Positions 20,820 through 20,946 of a DNA stretch of 20,946 nucleotides are shown here, one piece after another. Both the position numbers and the translations under genes were made by a program. The notes beneath the pieces were generated by a model. That model did no database searches. It saw only the letters and a program-made list of their open reading frames with translations, and was not told the DNA's origin. The DNA is taken from assembly GCF_006345805.1 (NCBI RefSeq), contig NW_021823833.1:1-20946 (forward strand), written 5' to 3'. Each line of letters opens with the position of its first letter. Position 1 is the stretch's first letter. Source of the DNA: Octopus sinensis (taxonomy: Eukaryota).

Positions 20820-20822
20820 CAT

Positions 20823-20913
<91 letters not shown>

Positions 20914-20930
20914 GTGTGTGTGTGTGTATA
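20820..20930. repeat. (TG)n microsatellite
   Basis: Direct reading. Confidence 0.97.
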
Positions 20931-20946
20931 CAAGCATGTATGTTCT

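Overview
This is a eukaryotic, AT-rich, repeat-saturated window. The SINE families and microsatellite load point to an octopod cephalopod (Octopus-like); this is an inference. I find no intact protein-coding gene, RNA gene, CRISPR array or prokaryote-type system, and almost all supplied ORFs are translations of microsatellites. Recognisable content: (i) four 5'-truncated R4/Dong-type (RLE endonuclease) non-LTR retrotransposon remnants and one RTE-type remnant, all on the minus strand; (ii) a complete 394-bp non-autonomous Helitron; (iii) a piggyBac-like right-end remnant and two hAT-like ends; (iv) about 13 copies or fragments of three tRNA-derived SINE families; (v) a few weak exon candidates. 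The most interesting structure is 7991-10440, a stack of 5'-truncated retroelement ends and unclassified non-coding units, each separated by a (TAA)n-type trinucleotide tract. It looks like a repeatedly re-used microsatellite landing pad. A second R4/Dong lineage appears to sit at (TATG)n tracts instead.
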